From a virus (Duplodnaviria; Caudoviricetes): a stretch of 37,237 nt of DNA. The translations under genes and the position numbers were made by a program. Position 1 is the stretch's first letter. The number at the start of each line of letters is the position of its first letter. Of this stretch, positions 1 through 9,236 are shown one piece after another. The DNA is taken from the IMG/VR virus record IMGVR_UViG_3300043395_000557, positions 1 to 37,237 of that record, one strand, 5' to 3'. The notes below the pieces were generated by a model. It made no database searches. It was not told the DNA's origin and saw nothing but the letters and a program-made list of their open reading frames with translations.

Positions 1-17
1 GTCTGTAGTTTCGCATA

Positions 18-1184
18 TCATAGCAATCCTGGTTTAATGAGTGTGCCCTTATAGTTACTAAGGATTTTATCTACAATCATGTTTCCAGTACCCTCCAAAA
101 ATTGTGGTGCAAACTTAATGTCAAATTGGTCTGTGCTGTATTCAGTAATAAAGCGGTTGTAATAATCATTCTTTCCGCATTTAATGTCTTCAATTAACAT
201 CTTAATTGCAAGTTCTACATCTGGTGGTACAGCCTTAAAGCCAGCATCCACAATAAAGATATAATCATATCCTCTTGGGAATGCAATTGGGTAATAGCCA
301 TAGTATCCAAGGTCTCCAACTCCAGGTGGAAGGATTAATGGAGCCTGTTCCATTCTATTATAAGTACCATCCTGAACTCGCATAATTGCTGAGTTATCTA
401 GTGTTGGTTTATAAGTATATTCCCAAACAGATTCTACTCCACCACGAGTAGTAATTGCTTCATTATCAGTTGCAGAAATATCTACATTATCAAGGCTGAA
501 TGTGGTTGCTGTTGGTACTGCTGTCACATAAAATGTTCCATTAAATTTTGATGGGGTTACTCCAGAAATTATTACAGCCTGACCTACCTGGAAGCCATGA
601 GAAATGGTCGTAGTAAGCGTCAGAACACCGCTAGTAACATCTACGTTTTGAATTGCAATACCAATAGGGGTATTTTCTGCATCATAAACTAGAACGTTAT
701 TTTCGTATACCTTTAGTACACGGTTTACTGGATGCCATACTGGGAAATAGTCATTACCCTCGCCTGTACGCTGAATAATAAGTTTGTGGTTATAGAAAGC
801 ACCACCAGTTCCAGAACCTTCTTGAAGATAGGTATCAATAATGGAACGAGCAATGATTTCATATTCTTGATAAGCAAAAACTTCTGCTGTTGTTGTACCC
901 AATAAATTTGGGTCTACATATGGACGATAAATTGTTAGATTTGACTCTACAACAATCTCTCCATAAATATCTGTTTCATAAATCTTAACAGCAAAATCAC
1001 GGTCATACTGAGCCTTTGCTCTTGGGATAATGTATGTTAGTTGTTTGCTTGAATTAGATGTTAAAGTAGTTCTTTCAATTGAGTGGTCCACCAAATCCTC
1101 AACTTCAAACACATATGCTGCGTTTGCACTTGGGACATCCCATGTTGTTGTAATTGGATAAGGTGGAACTCTCAATACTTCCAT
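18..1184 (-). CDS. putative head-tail adaptor/connector protein
   Basis: 388 aa, two genes downstream of the capsid; adaptor-like segments (IARSIIDTY...; AGFKAVPPDVELAIKMLIEDI; VDKILSNY). Confidence 0.55.
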   Translation of the reverse strand: MEVLRVPPYPITTTWDVPSANAAYVFEVEDLVDHSIERTTLTSNSSKQLTYIIPRAKAQYDRDFAVKIYETDIYGEIVVESNLTIYRPYVDPNLLGTTTAEVFAYQEYEIIARSIIDTYLQEGSGTGGAFYNHKLIIQRTGEGNDYFPVWHPVNRVLKVYENNVLVYDAENTPIGIAIQNVDVTSGVLTLTTTISHGFQVGQAVIISGVTPSKFNGTFYVTAVPTATTFSLDNVDISATDNEAITTRGGVESVWEYTYKPTLDNSAIMRVQDGTYNRMEQAPLILPPGVGDLGYYGYYPIAFPRGYDYIFIVDAGFKAVPPDVELAIKMLIEDIKCGKNDYYNRFITEYSTDQFDIKFAPQFLEGTGNMIVDKILSNYKGTLIKPGLL

Positions 1185-1580
1185 TTAGGCAAACGCCTCC
1201 GCAACTTCTTCTGGTGTTGCTAGACGAACGCCACGTTGTGCTGTCCAAAACTCTACATACTTCTTTGGAACAATGTTATAACCAACATTGATTTTTCCAA
1301 AACCATCAGCATATAGGTTTCTGGTTGAGAATAGTGCAACCTTAGTTGTCACTGAACCTTCAGCAACTGGTGCTGGCTCTGCCTTTGGCTTACCAGCCTT
1401 TGTTGTGGTAGAACCCATAACTCCGTCTTCATTGAATCCCAATGTAGGAACGTCCTTTGTAGGTTCTGGTGCTTCGATAACCTTTTCCTCAACTACTTCT
1501 GCTACTTCTTCAACAGGTGCTTCTACAACTGCATCTTCAACAACAGGCTTTGGGGTAGGTGTCTTTTTTACTTCAGCCAT
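1185..1580 (-). CDS. hypothetical virion-associated protein, E/P/A-rich N-terminus
   Basis: 131 aa, AAGGAGG RBS, extended -10 (TGGTATAAT) near 1608-1616. Confidence 0.7.
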   Translation of the reverse strand: MAEVKKTPTPKPVVEDAVVEAPVEEVAEVVEEKVIEAPEPTKDVPTLGFNEDGVMGSTTTKAGKPKAEPAPVAEGSVTTKVALFSTRNLYADGFGKINVGYNIVPKKYVEFWTAQRGVRLATPEEVAEAFA

Positions 1581-1627
1581 GATTAAATCCTCCTTAGATT
1601 TATTTTAATTATACCAGACAAATCAAT

Positions 1628-1660
1628 GAAAGGGGCAGGAATCGAAATCCCTGCCCCCTC
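1628..1660 (-). terminator. intrinsic terminator after the capsid gene
   Basis: GGGGCAGG/CCTGCCCC stem followed by TTTC on the minus strand. Confidence 0.7.
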
Positions 1661-1682
1661 AAAGGGTAACACGTTACAGAGA

Positions 1683-2846
1683 TTAGTCTGTAGTTGTGTC
1701 TGCGAATGCAACTGCATCCAGTTCTTCCCAGGCGATGCCGAAACGAACGAAGACAGTGTATTCAATTGTGTCCTTCTTAGGAACGTAGAAACGGTTAACA
1801 GTGATGTCTCGCTGGAAACCCCAGATACGGTTCTGTGGGAAGGTTAGGTCAACGAAGCCTGTTGGGTAGTAAGGAACTTCCAAAACAGGAACTCCGAGAA
1901 CACGAGTCTGACGTGCGCCACCAAAAGTCTGGTTAGCACCGCCGATGAACTCACCACGAGTACCTTCAGTTGAACCGATTGTTGAGTAAACAGTAGCGTT
2001 GTTCTTTACGATGTTAGCGAATGTGTCTGTACCAGCGTAGAACTTAAGTCCATTGGTAATAGCACGGTAACGGCGTGGCATTGCAAGAATCAGAGCCTGT
2101 AGTTTATCGGTTGTCCAATCGGTAAATGCTGCGTTAGAACCAACAAGTGATGTGTTGATTACTTCGTGAGCACTTCCAAGGTTTGAACCTGAACCAACGT
2201 TAGGGTTGGTCTTCTCCATGTTGATGAATCCGTTCATAATGCTTAGGAATGAACCTGTTGAACCGTCACCATTGATGGCTAGGTCTTCGATGTCGTTACC
2301 GAAAGCATTAGTCATAAGACGAACTAGGTGGTCCTCAAGAGCAGCACCTTCGATGTTGTCTTCAAGTGACTCTGCAGAAACTTCCCAGTCTAGACGAATC
2401 TTCTTTGTGGTTAGTTCAACCTTTGAGAAGGTTGCACCAGTGTTGGTGTATGTTGAAACACCCTGGCTAGCAGCACGAATAACACGGTCTCCCACGTTAA
2501 TCTTCTCTAGTTCCATTGTGTTTGCTCGCATTGTTACTCTGCGTCCGTCCTGAGCAAGTGTGGTTGCGTCCCAAACATAGTCGATAAATCGGCGAGCCTG
2601 TTCAGGGCGTAGGATACCAGTACCTGGATAAGTTGGACTTGCAGTAGCAGATGGGTTTACACCATTTGCACCAGTGGTTACACCAAAGTTAGCGGTTGGG
2701 CTGTTAGCCATGTAAGTACCGTGCTCTGAGAAAGAGCCTGTACCTGACGAAACGCTACCTGATGTACCGAAAGCACCTTCAGCGTTAGGGTAGTTTGAAA
2801 CTGGGCTAGCACCTGAAGGCATATTTTTGATAATTTCTTCTGACAT
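1683..2846 (-). CDS. major capsid protein (HK97 fold)
   Basis: GILRPEQARRFID, VELTTKKIRLDWEVSAESLEDNIEG, DIEDLAINGD motifs; follows protease gene; ATG at 2846 chosen from the GGAGGT RBS (ORF track starts at GTG 2858). Confidence 0.9.
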   Translation of the reverse strand: MSEEIIKNMPSGASPVSNYPNAEGAFGTSGSVSSGTGSFSEHGTYMANSPTANFGVTTGANGVNPSATASPTYPGTGILRPEQARRFIDYVWDATTLAQDGRRVTMRANTMELEKINVGDRVIRAASQGVSTYTNTGATFSKVELTTKKIRLDWEVSAESLEDNIEGAALEDHLVRLMTNAFGNDIEDLAINGDGSTGSFLSIMNGFINMEKTNPNVGSGSNLGSAHEVINTSLVGSNAAFTDWTTDKLQALILAMPRRYRAITNGLKFYAGTDTFANIVKNNATVYSTIGSTEGTRGEFIGGANQTFGGARQTRVLGVPVLEVPYYPTGFVDLTFPQNRIWGFQRDITVNRFYVPKKDTIEYTVFVRFGIAWEELDAVAFADTTTD

Positions 2847-2870
2847 TTTATTTTTCACCTCCTAGTGAAT

Positions 2871-4115
2871 TTATTTTAGTAAATCGGATGTTGTGAGGAA
2901 ACTTCCGCCCCATACTGATTTTTCCACCAGTACTGGTTCCTGAATGACCTCACCGAGGTCACCAGACTTACGGAAAGCGGTATCTGCTTCTACTGCATCG
3001 ATACGCTTTCCAAGATTATTGAAATCTGATTCTGCATCAGCAACTGCTGCTGAGACATAACCTAGTGATTTCTTTAGTTCAGCAAGTTCGTTAACTAGTG
3101 ATGCATTTGCATCTGCTAGTGACTTAACGATTGCTGTAATGTCGCTAAAGGCTGTTGTAACTGTTGTGCCTAGTTCTGATACTGCCTTAGCAATAACTTC
3201 CTCTGAACCTGGTACAACTTCTTCTACAACTTCTTCTACATGTGCTGGCTCGGCTACTGGAGCCTCTTCAACAACTTCTTCTGTAGCAGGAGCGTCAACA
3301 ACTTCTGCCTCTGGAGCGACATCAACTGATTCAACGTTTTCGTTTTCAGCCATGTTATCATTCTCCTTTTTAATAGTCTTAGAAGTATTAATGCCTTTAG
3401 CACTATCTACTAAGAACTTTATCATGTTAAGTTTATCATCATCTGATTTCTCAACAAAACCTATGTTCTGCATTTGATTTCCAGTTACTGGACTTACTGC
3501 AGATTCTTCTTCGGACAGTGTTACTAGTCCTGATTCTTTGTCCCAGAATACATTTTCTAGAACTGCTTGTGTACCCTCGCCAGTAATGGTGTCAACGCCA
3601 TCTACCTTTTCAACAGATAGAATATTGGCAAACTGGTTTGCAGGGCTATCGACTAGTGACAATTCAACTAGGTCATATTCTTTAATAATACGAATTGTAG
3701 CATCCATCTTTTCGTCATAAGCATCTTCGTACTTGTTCATTTTACCGCCAATAGAAAAACCTGTATATGTTCCATCTAGAACCTTTTCCCATGCATCCTG
3801 AGCACCCTTTGAAACATATGCTGATACATAAATACCCTGATAAAACTTTTTGGTTTCTGGGTCAAAATATTTATCTTCCTTAAATGCAACCATCTTACCG
3901 ATAGCCTTTGGTTGGTGCATTTCACGGATGTTGCCACGGAATTTAGAGAAAGCGTTAAGAGATGCTTCTGGGGTAACGATGTCATTCTGCTTGTCAATGT
4001 TATCAAGCGTAGCAAATCCAGATACGATTCGACGCTCTGCGTCCACCTTAGTAAGAGGCATAGAAATACGGACGTTATTTCCGTCAATGTCAAAATGTGC
4101 CTTCTGAATACTCAT
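2871..4115 (-). CDS. prohead protease fused to an acidic/coiled-coil scaffold region
   Basis: RIVSGFATLDNIDKQND, IREMH, YTGFSIGG, LVELSLVDSPANQFA motifs; acidic helical C-terminus; between portal and capsid. Confidence 0.85.
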   Translation of the reverse strand: MSIQKAHFDIDGNNVRISMPLTKVDAERRIVSGFATLDNIDKQNDIVTPEASLNAFSKFRGNIREMHQPKAIGKMVAFKEDKYFDPETKKFYQGIYVSAYVSKGAQDAWEKVLDGTYTGFSIGGKMNKYEDAYDEKMDATIRIIKEYDLVELSLVDSPANQFANILSVEKVDGVDTITGEGTQAVLENVFWDKESGLVTLSEEESAVSPVTGNQMQNIGFVEKSDDDKLNMIKFLVDSAKGINTSKTIKKENDNMAENENVESVDVAPEAEVVDAPATEEVVEEAPVAEPAHVEEVVEEVVPGSEEVIAKAVSELGTTVTTAFSDITAIVKSLADANASLVNELAELKKSLGYVSAAVADAESDFNNLGKRIDAVEADTAFRKSGDLGEVIQEPVLVEKSVWGGSFLTTSDLLK

Positions 4116-4173
4116 ATGATAATTATAGCCCCTTTTTAATAAAGTGTTATATAACTGTTATTATAACACAATT

Positions 4174-5772
4174 TTATTGAGAGCGTCTCCCTTCACCTTT
4201 TGGATTTCTACCCTGAGTAGTTGCAGTGTTGTCTGCCTGTGCTTGCTGACGTTCTGCATCACGAGTTCTATTTTCTGCGTTGTTGGCATTTGCATCGGCA
4301 GTCTGGCGAGCAGTTGGTTGAACCATTTCATCTCCATCTGGACGCTCTGCAAGATTAAGAATTTCACGAGCCTCATTAGGAGACATAATCTGGTTCTTGA
4401 CATAGTTGGTAATAATCTGTGACTGAGCAAGTTCGTCAGTAAGAGTAAGTTCGTTGAACTTAAGTTCTAGGATATCTGTCTTCTCACGGATAATCTTATT
4501 AAGAATCTTTTCAAGATTACGCTGTGCTGGACGAGCAACCTGTTCCTTAAATGTACGGTCTTGTGATAGAGATGCTGCTAGATTAGATGCATCGCTACCG
4601 CCAAGTTTTGAAAGTGGAACCTGGTGGGCTACAAGGATGTCGTCACGAACTTGCTGACGATACTGAGCAAATGAACCCTCTTGTGGTTCGTTCTCAATAG
4701 GTTCCATCTTAAACTCAACCTTGTTACTTTCAGTATCTCCAGGAAGTGGAATATAAAGTGTACGGTGTGATTGTCCTTTTAGACCAGTTTGTAGGAAACG
4801 GAACAACTTGTCTTCTGCTTCCTGTGTAAGTTGTGCACCCTTTAGAGTAACAATATAGCGTGGAACAGCCTTGTTGTTAAAGTAGTCAATGTTGTATTGT
4901 GATGCAAGTTGGTCACCAAGAATAGAAGCCATAGCAGCCATTACGTCTGGAACACCATAGAAAGTATTTAGAGGTGAGTATTCCTTAATGTGGATAATCT
5001 CATTTGGACGTGGGTCATCGGTAATGTAGTTGATGTTCTTTGCTCCGAAGTTACGGAAATAAACAACCTTGTTCGCAATAATCTGAACGTATCCGTCACG
5101 AAGTCTGCGTACACGCATGGTGGCAGCAGGAATATGACCAATGTAGCCAATCTCTCCAGTTACTGTTCTTCCAACTTCAATGTATCCATTACCCATTGCG
5201 TGAACATCTGTAAACACCTTTTCCATTACAGAAGAGAATGACTCGTCTGCATTTAGACTTTCTAGCCAGTCTCTGAGTTGAACCTTTAGTCGCTCAATAC
5301 GTTTACGAGCACGGTCAACCTGTTCTGCGTTTGCTGCCTCTAGTTTAAGACTTGTTTTATCTGACACAATAAAGTCATATCCAAGACCAACAGTATTTTC
5401 AACTTTTGCATCAATAGCAGCGTGATTAGCAAATGATGTATCGTAATAACTTGCTAGTTCATAAAGATTGTATGGTGGTGTAATTACATCAAAGAGTGCG
5501 TATGCGTTTCGAAATACAATACCAGGATTAATTGCATTGGAACGTGCTCCATTAATACCAGTTTGCACTGCACCTGCTGATTCAAGATATGCATCGTCAC
5601 CTAGAGCCTTTACCATCCTTGTGCTTCTACGCTTAAAGTTGGCATTCATACCGCCAAAAGTTTTTACTTCATCCCAAGATTTTGTAAATGGGTCCATAGC
5701 AGCAAAGTCATTTACTGGCTCTGGGGCTTCGTCAAGGCGAGCAGGTGTATTTGCGTATTCGTAATAACTCAC
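4174..5772 (-). CDS. portal protein (PBSX/HK97-like)
   Basis: 532 aa; GNGYIEVGR, NEIIHIKEYSP..FYGVPD, YFNNKAVP, ILVAHQVP, MSPNEARE motifs. Confidence 0.9.
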   Translation of the reverse strand: MSYYEYANTPARLDEAPEPVNDFAAMDPFTKSWDEVKTFGGMNANFKRRSTRMVKALGDDAYLESAGAVQTGINGARSNAINPGIVFRNAYALFDVITPPYNLYELASYYDTSFANHAAIDAKVENTVGLGYDFIVSDKTSLKLEAANAEQVDRARKRIERLKVQLRDWLESLNADESFSSVMEKVFTDVHAMGNGYIEVGRTVTGEIGYIGHIPAATMRVRRLRDGYVQIIANKVVYFRNFGAKNINYITDDPRPNEIIHIKEYSPLNTFYGVPDVMAAMASILGDQLASQYNIDYFNNKAVPRYIVTLKGAQLTQEAEDKLFRFLQTGLKGQSHRTLYIPLPGDTESNKVEFKMEPIENEPQEGSFAQYRQQVRDDILVAHQVPLSKLGGSDASNLAASLSQDRTFKEQVARPAQRNLEKILNKIIREKTDILELKFNELTLTDELAQSQIITNYVKNQIMSPNEAREILNLAERPDGDEMVQPTARQTADANANNAENRTRDAERQQAQADNTATTQGRNPKGEGRRSQ

Positions 5773-6167
5773 TACTCTTCACTTCCAAACTCAAGTTGAG
5801 TTTTCTTAGCAGCAATGAGAGCACCAAGGTCTGTTTCTGAAGGAATATATCCCTGTTGCATACGGTCAATCTGTTCGCTATATTCTTCATCTGATACCTT
5901 GCGAACATTAGGGAAAAACACTGCCTGACCATGTGGCTGACCATTCCATGCTGCTTCATTACGAAGTAAGGCAATGCGAGATTCGTCACCCTTCATAGAG
6001 TCAATGCTTAAGGCATTACCGTGGTCGTCTGTAAAAAACTTGCCAGAGGCTAACTGCCATACATAAATTCCATAGTTGGAAAATGGTTCTTCTACGATTG
6101 ATACCTTTGTCTTACCAATCTGGTTGGGCATAACTTGCCCGAAATCTTTGTTAACGTCAATATTCAT
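5772..6167 (-). CDS. hypothetical protein upstream of portal
   Basis: 131 aa; stop overlaps portal start; -10 TATACT ends 7 nt upstream of ATG. Confidence 0.75.
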   Translation of the reverse strand: MNIDVNKDFGQVMPNQIGKTKVSIVEEPFSNYGIYVWQLASGKFFTDDHGNALSIDSMKGDESRIALLRNEAAWNGQPHGQAVFFPNVRKVSDEEYSEQIDRMQQGYIPSETDLGALIAAKKTQLEFGSEE

Positions 6168-6184
6168 ACCATAAGTATACCATA

Positions 6185-9172
6185 TTATGTCGCACTAGCG
6201 GTAATAATTTGACTATTTAGGTCAGCAAAGTACTTATATTGGTTACTACTGATACCAAAATTGTTAGCAATATCATTGTTTCCTGTAATTCTGTTTGTTC
6301 CAGTAAACATAGATGACATATCTGATGGAGAAATTGCTGTAAGTATTGATAATTCTCCCCATACATAGTTATTGGCTAGATATGACCAAGTGTATGCCTT
6401 TTGACTATTCCATGTTACTGGGAATGTGTTTTGAGCAATTTTTACTGAATCAAATTGATAATAAGATAAATTATCAATAGAAATACCGCCAACTAAATCA
6501 AACTCGCCCTCTGTTGAATTAAATATCAGTGGGTCAGTAAATACAATGCCAAGTGTGTACCACTGATTGGTTGATATGCTTGGTGCTGAATTATATTGAC
6601 CATTTAAATAATAAGATATATTTTCATTTGTAATGCTATTTGACAATGCTGATATTGTTGCAGTATCTCCATTACCTGTTCTGGTCAGGAAGAATTGAAT
6701 TGTTCTTGTATTTGTTTTTATTTCAAATATCTGTTCTGATGAATATGGAAATTTAGCATAAAATGGTGATGAAGATGTGTCAAGTTCTGCATTATAAAAT
6801 ATTGATAATTGCATAATGCTGATATTGAAGGAAGACTTTAATTCTGAATTAATTGGAATTTTAATACCACGGTAAACTCCAGCAGTAGTTGTGTCAAATC
6901 CAACTAACCTAATTCCAGAATCTCTTGCCATATACAAATATGGATTATCCTTTTTGTTTATTAAGAATGGGTTATATGCACTATAGTCATATACTCGGCT
7001 TGCACCACTAATTGTATATGTATATGGAATAATCTTTGTTCCATATTTTGTTCCAATTGGATTGCTTGAGTTGGCATTATATGCCTGAGATGCCAATTGC
7101 ATTTTTTGAATGTTAATTAAGTTGTTCTCTGTATCTACAACACTAAAATCAGCATGAACAACCATAGTATATTCTTTTAGGTCAATTCCAGTTGGTGGAT
7201 AAATAATGAAACCATCAACTACCTCGTATTTGGTTGTTGCCCAACCTGCTCCTGGAATTACTGTTCTATCTGATGGGGCATCAACGATTGTTGTAAATAC
7301 AGAGTCTGCTTGATATGTTGCATTTAATGGTTCAAAAGTTACATATGTTTTAACATCAGATGACTCGTAGTTTGTAGTATCAAAATATTTTTTAGAACTG
7401 ACAGTTTTTGACAATAAGGATGATTCATAATCTATATTAAATTGAACAAAGTTATATGTATATGTATCATTTCCACCAGAGTCTTTAACAGTTTTACAGA
7501 ATTGTGTTAGAGGAATATCATTTTTCCAGTACCCCTGAGTTGCAACACTTAACCTACGTCCTGTACTTGTATATTCTAACAAATCTTGATATGGTCTTAT
7601 ATCGTAACTTCCAACAATATTGTTTTGTGTTGCTTCTGTACCACTTGGACTTGTGTTAATTGCTGATGGATATTGAAAAACACCAGATGAAAATACTAAT
7701 GTAGAACGTCTATTCAAATTTTCTTGTGTAAGCAATTTTACAGAATATATTTCTGCACTACATGTCTTTGAACTAGTTAAGTCATCATCTCCACCAACAT
7801 ACATAATAAGGTCAGACTGATTTGCAAAAAAGTCTTGAACATTCGTGCCAAGTCCTCCGCTATTATTAGTTGTACAATATGCAGCAAACTTATCAATATC
7901 AATACCAACAATAAAGTTATATTTTGAATTATATAACTGAAAGTTTGATGCTGGATTGTTAAAAGTAAGAACTGCGGTTTCACTTGTAGCCTGATATTTT
8001 AATTTGTAATAAACATATGTTACGCTAGAAATTCTTGCAACGCTAATAGAAAAGTAATCCCTAGTCTTTTTATTTACAACTTTAAAAAGTATTTGTTCAG
8101 ATGTTGGCAAAGTTGTGTAGTATCCATGCATATAAAAAGCCTTGGTAGGCTGATTCATAATATTCAAAGCATCTACTTGTAGATTAGAAATGGCGGTAGA
8201 CATTGTTCCAGTCTTTAGATTAAATGTAGTTCCGCTAATTGTGCTCTCAAGGTCAGTTATAGTTTTTGTATCTGAGTTTAACGTTGGCTTGCTATATTGA
8301 AAATTAGAGATATGTGTATTTTCTACATTTATGTTGTCTGTTTTTGATTGTTTCCAACTTGCATTAGTCGTATAGTTATAATTAGATGCATATTTAGATT
8401 TTGAATAATCTACTACCACTGATTGACCATCAAATGACCTAACAACATTGTCTGGAAAAGAAATTCCATGTCCATATCCAAAATGAATAGTTGCTTGTTT
8501 TGCATCAATCTGATAGGAATATGTTGATATGCAATCATATGTGCCCTGACCAAATGAAAGATATTTAGTATTTGTTAACATTGCTAGGTCAGAATCTGCG
8601 AGGCTTAGTGAAATAAGGATTTCCCCATTTACTGTAAGGGTTGCTGAATGCGAAGTATTGGAGATTTGAATTAAAAATGGTCTATTAAAGTCTTTAATAT
8701 ATGCTGTTCCAGATTTATTGCCAATTTTTAAAATAAAAGATGTTTGATTTACATATAAGCCATTGCCATCATCTGTGGCTGAAAAAGCACCAACAATTTT
8801 TCTTTTTCCTGAATATGGCTTATCTATCTTGGTCCAAAATTCCAAAGTATTTGTGTTATATCTACCATTATATGTAAGAATTCCTTGTGATGGAATTGTA
8901 ACAGCATTAGTTGACCCAGACAAATATACAGAATATTCAGAACCATGAACAATTGGTGCTGTTTTTGTAATAGTTACCGAAGAAGTAACAAATCCAAGGT
9001 CTTTTGCTGTATTTACTGACCTAAGTATTTTTCCACTACTAGCAGATAGAGATGAATCAAAATTCTTTAAAGTAATAGAGGTAGAGTTAATTAATTCATC
9101 ATCAAAAATGTGGATTGAGGTTGGATGTTCCGCCAAAATCTTTTCTGCGTAGGAATGTGAAATAGTAGCCAT
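6185..9172 (-). CDS. large putative virion structural protein (beta-rich, possible LamG-like N-terminal region)
   Basis: 995 aa, S/T/N/Y-rich; TLEFW motif; location in structural module. Confidence 0.55.
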   Translation of the reverse strand: MATISHSYAEKILAEHPTSIHIFDDELINSTSITLKNFDSSLSASSGKILRSVNTAKDLGFVTSSVTITKTAPIVHGSEYSVYLSGSTNAVTIPSQGILTYNGRYNTNTLEFWTKIDKPYSGKRKIVGAFSATDDGNGLYVNQTSFILKIGNKSGTAYIKDFNRPFLIQISNTSHSATLTVNGEILISLSLADSDLAMLTNTKYLSFGQGTYDCISTYSYQIDAKQATIHFGYGHGISFPDNVVRSFDGQSVVVDYSKSKYASNYNYTTNASWKQSKTDNINVENTHISNFQYSKPTLNSDTKTITDLESTISGTTFNLKTGTMSTAISNLQVDALNIMNQPTKAFYMHGYYTTLPTSEQILFKVVNKKTRDYFSISVARISSVTYVYYKLKYQATSETAVLTFNNPASNFQLYNSKYNFIVGIDIDKFAAYCTTNNSGGLGTNVQDFFANQSDLIMYVGGDDDLTSSKTCSAEIYSVKLLTQENLNRRSTLVFSSGVFQYPSAINTSPSGTEATQNNIVGSYDIRPYQDLLEYTSTGRRLSVATQGYWKNDIPLTQFCKTVKDSGGNDTYTYNFVQFNIDYESSLLSKTVSSKKYFDTTNYESSDVKTYVTFEPLNATYQADSVFTTIVDAPSDRTVIPGAGWATTKYEVVDGFIIYPPTGIDLKEYTMVVHADFSVVDTENNLINIQKMQLASQAYNANSSNPIGTKYGTKIIPYTYTISGASRVYDYSAYNPFLINKKDNPYLYMARDSGIRLVGFDTTTAGVYRGIKIPINSELKSSFNISIMQLSIFYNAELDTSSSPFYAKFPYSSEQIFEIKTNTRTIQFFLTRTGNGDTATISALSNSITNENISYYLNGQYNSAPSISTNQWYTLGIVFTDPLIFNSTEGEFDLVGGISIDNLSYYQFDSVKIAQNTFPVTWNSQKAYTWSYLANNYVWGELSILTAISPSDMSSMFTGTNRITGNNDIANNFGISSNQYKYFADLNSQIITASAT

Positions 9173-9193
9173 ATACTTTATTTTACCACATAA

Positions 9194-9228
9194 AGAAATA
9201 CCCTGCCAAACTAATGACAGGGTATTCT
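9194..9228 (-). terminator. intrinsic terminator after nrdJ
   Basis: ATACCCTG/CAGGGTAT stem followed by TTCTTT on the minus strand. Confidence 0.65.
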
Positions 9229-9236
9229 AAATTTAC

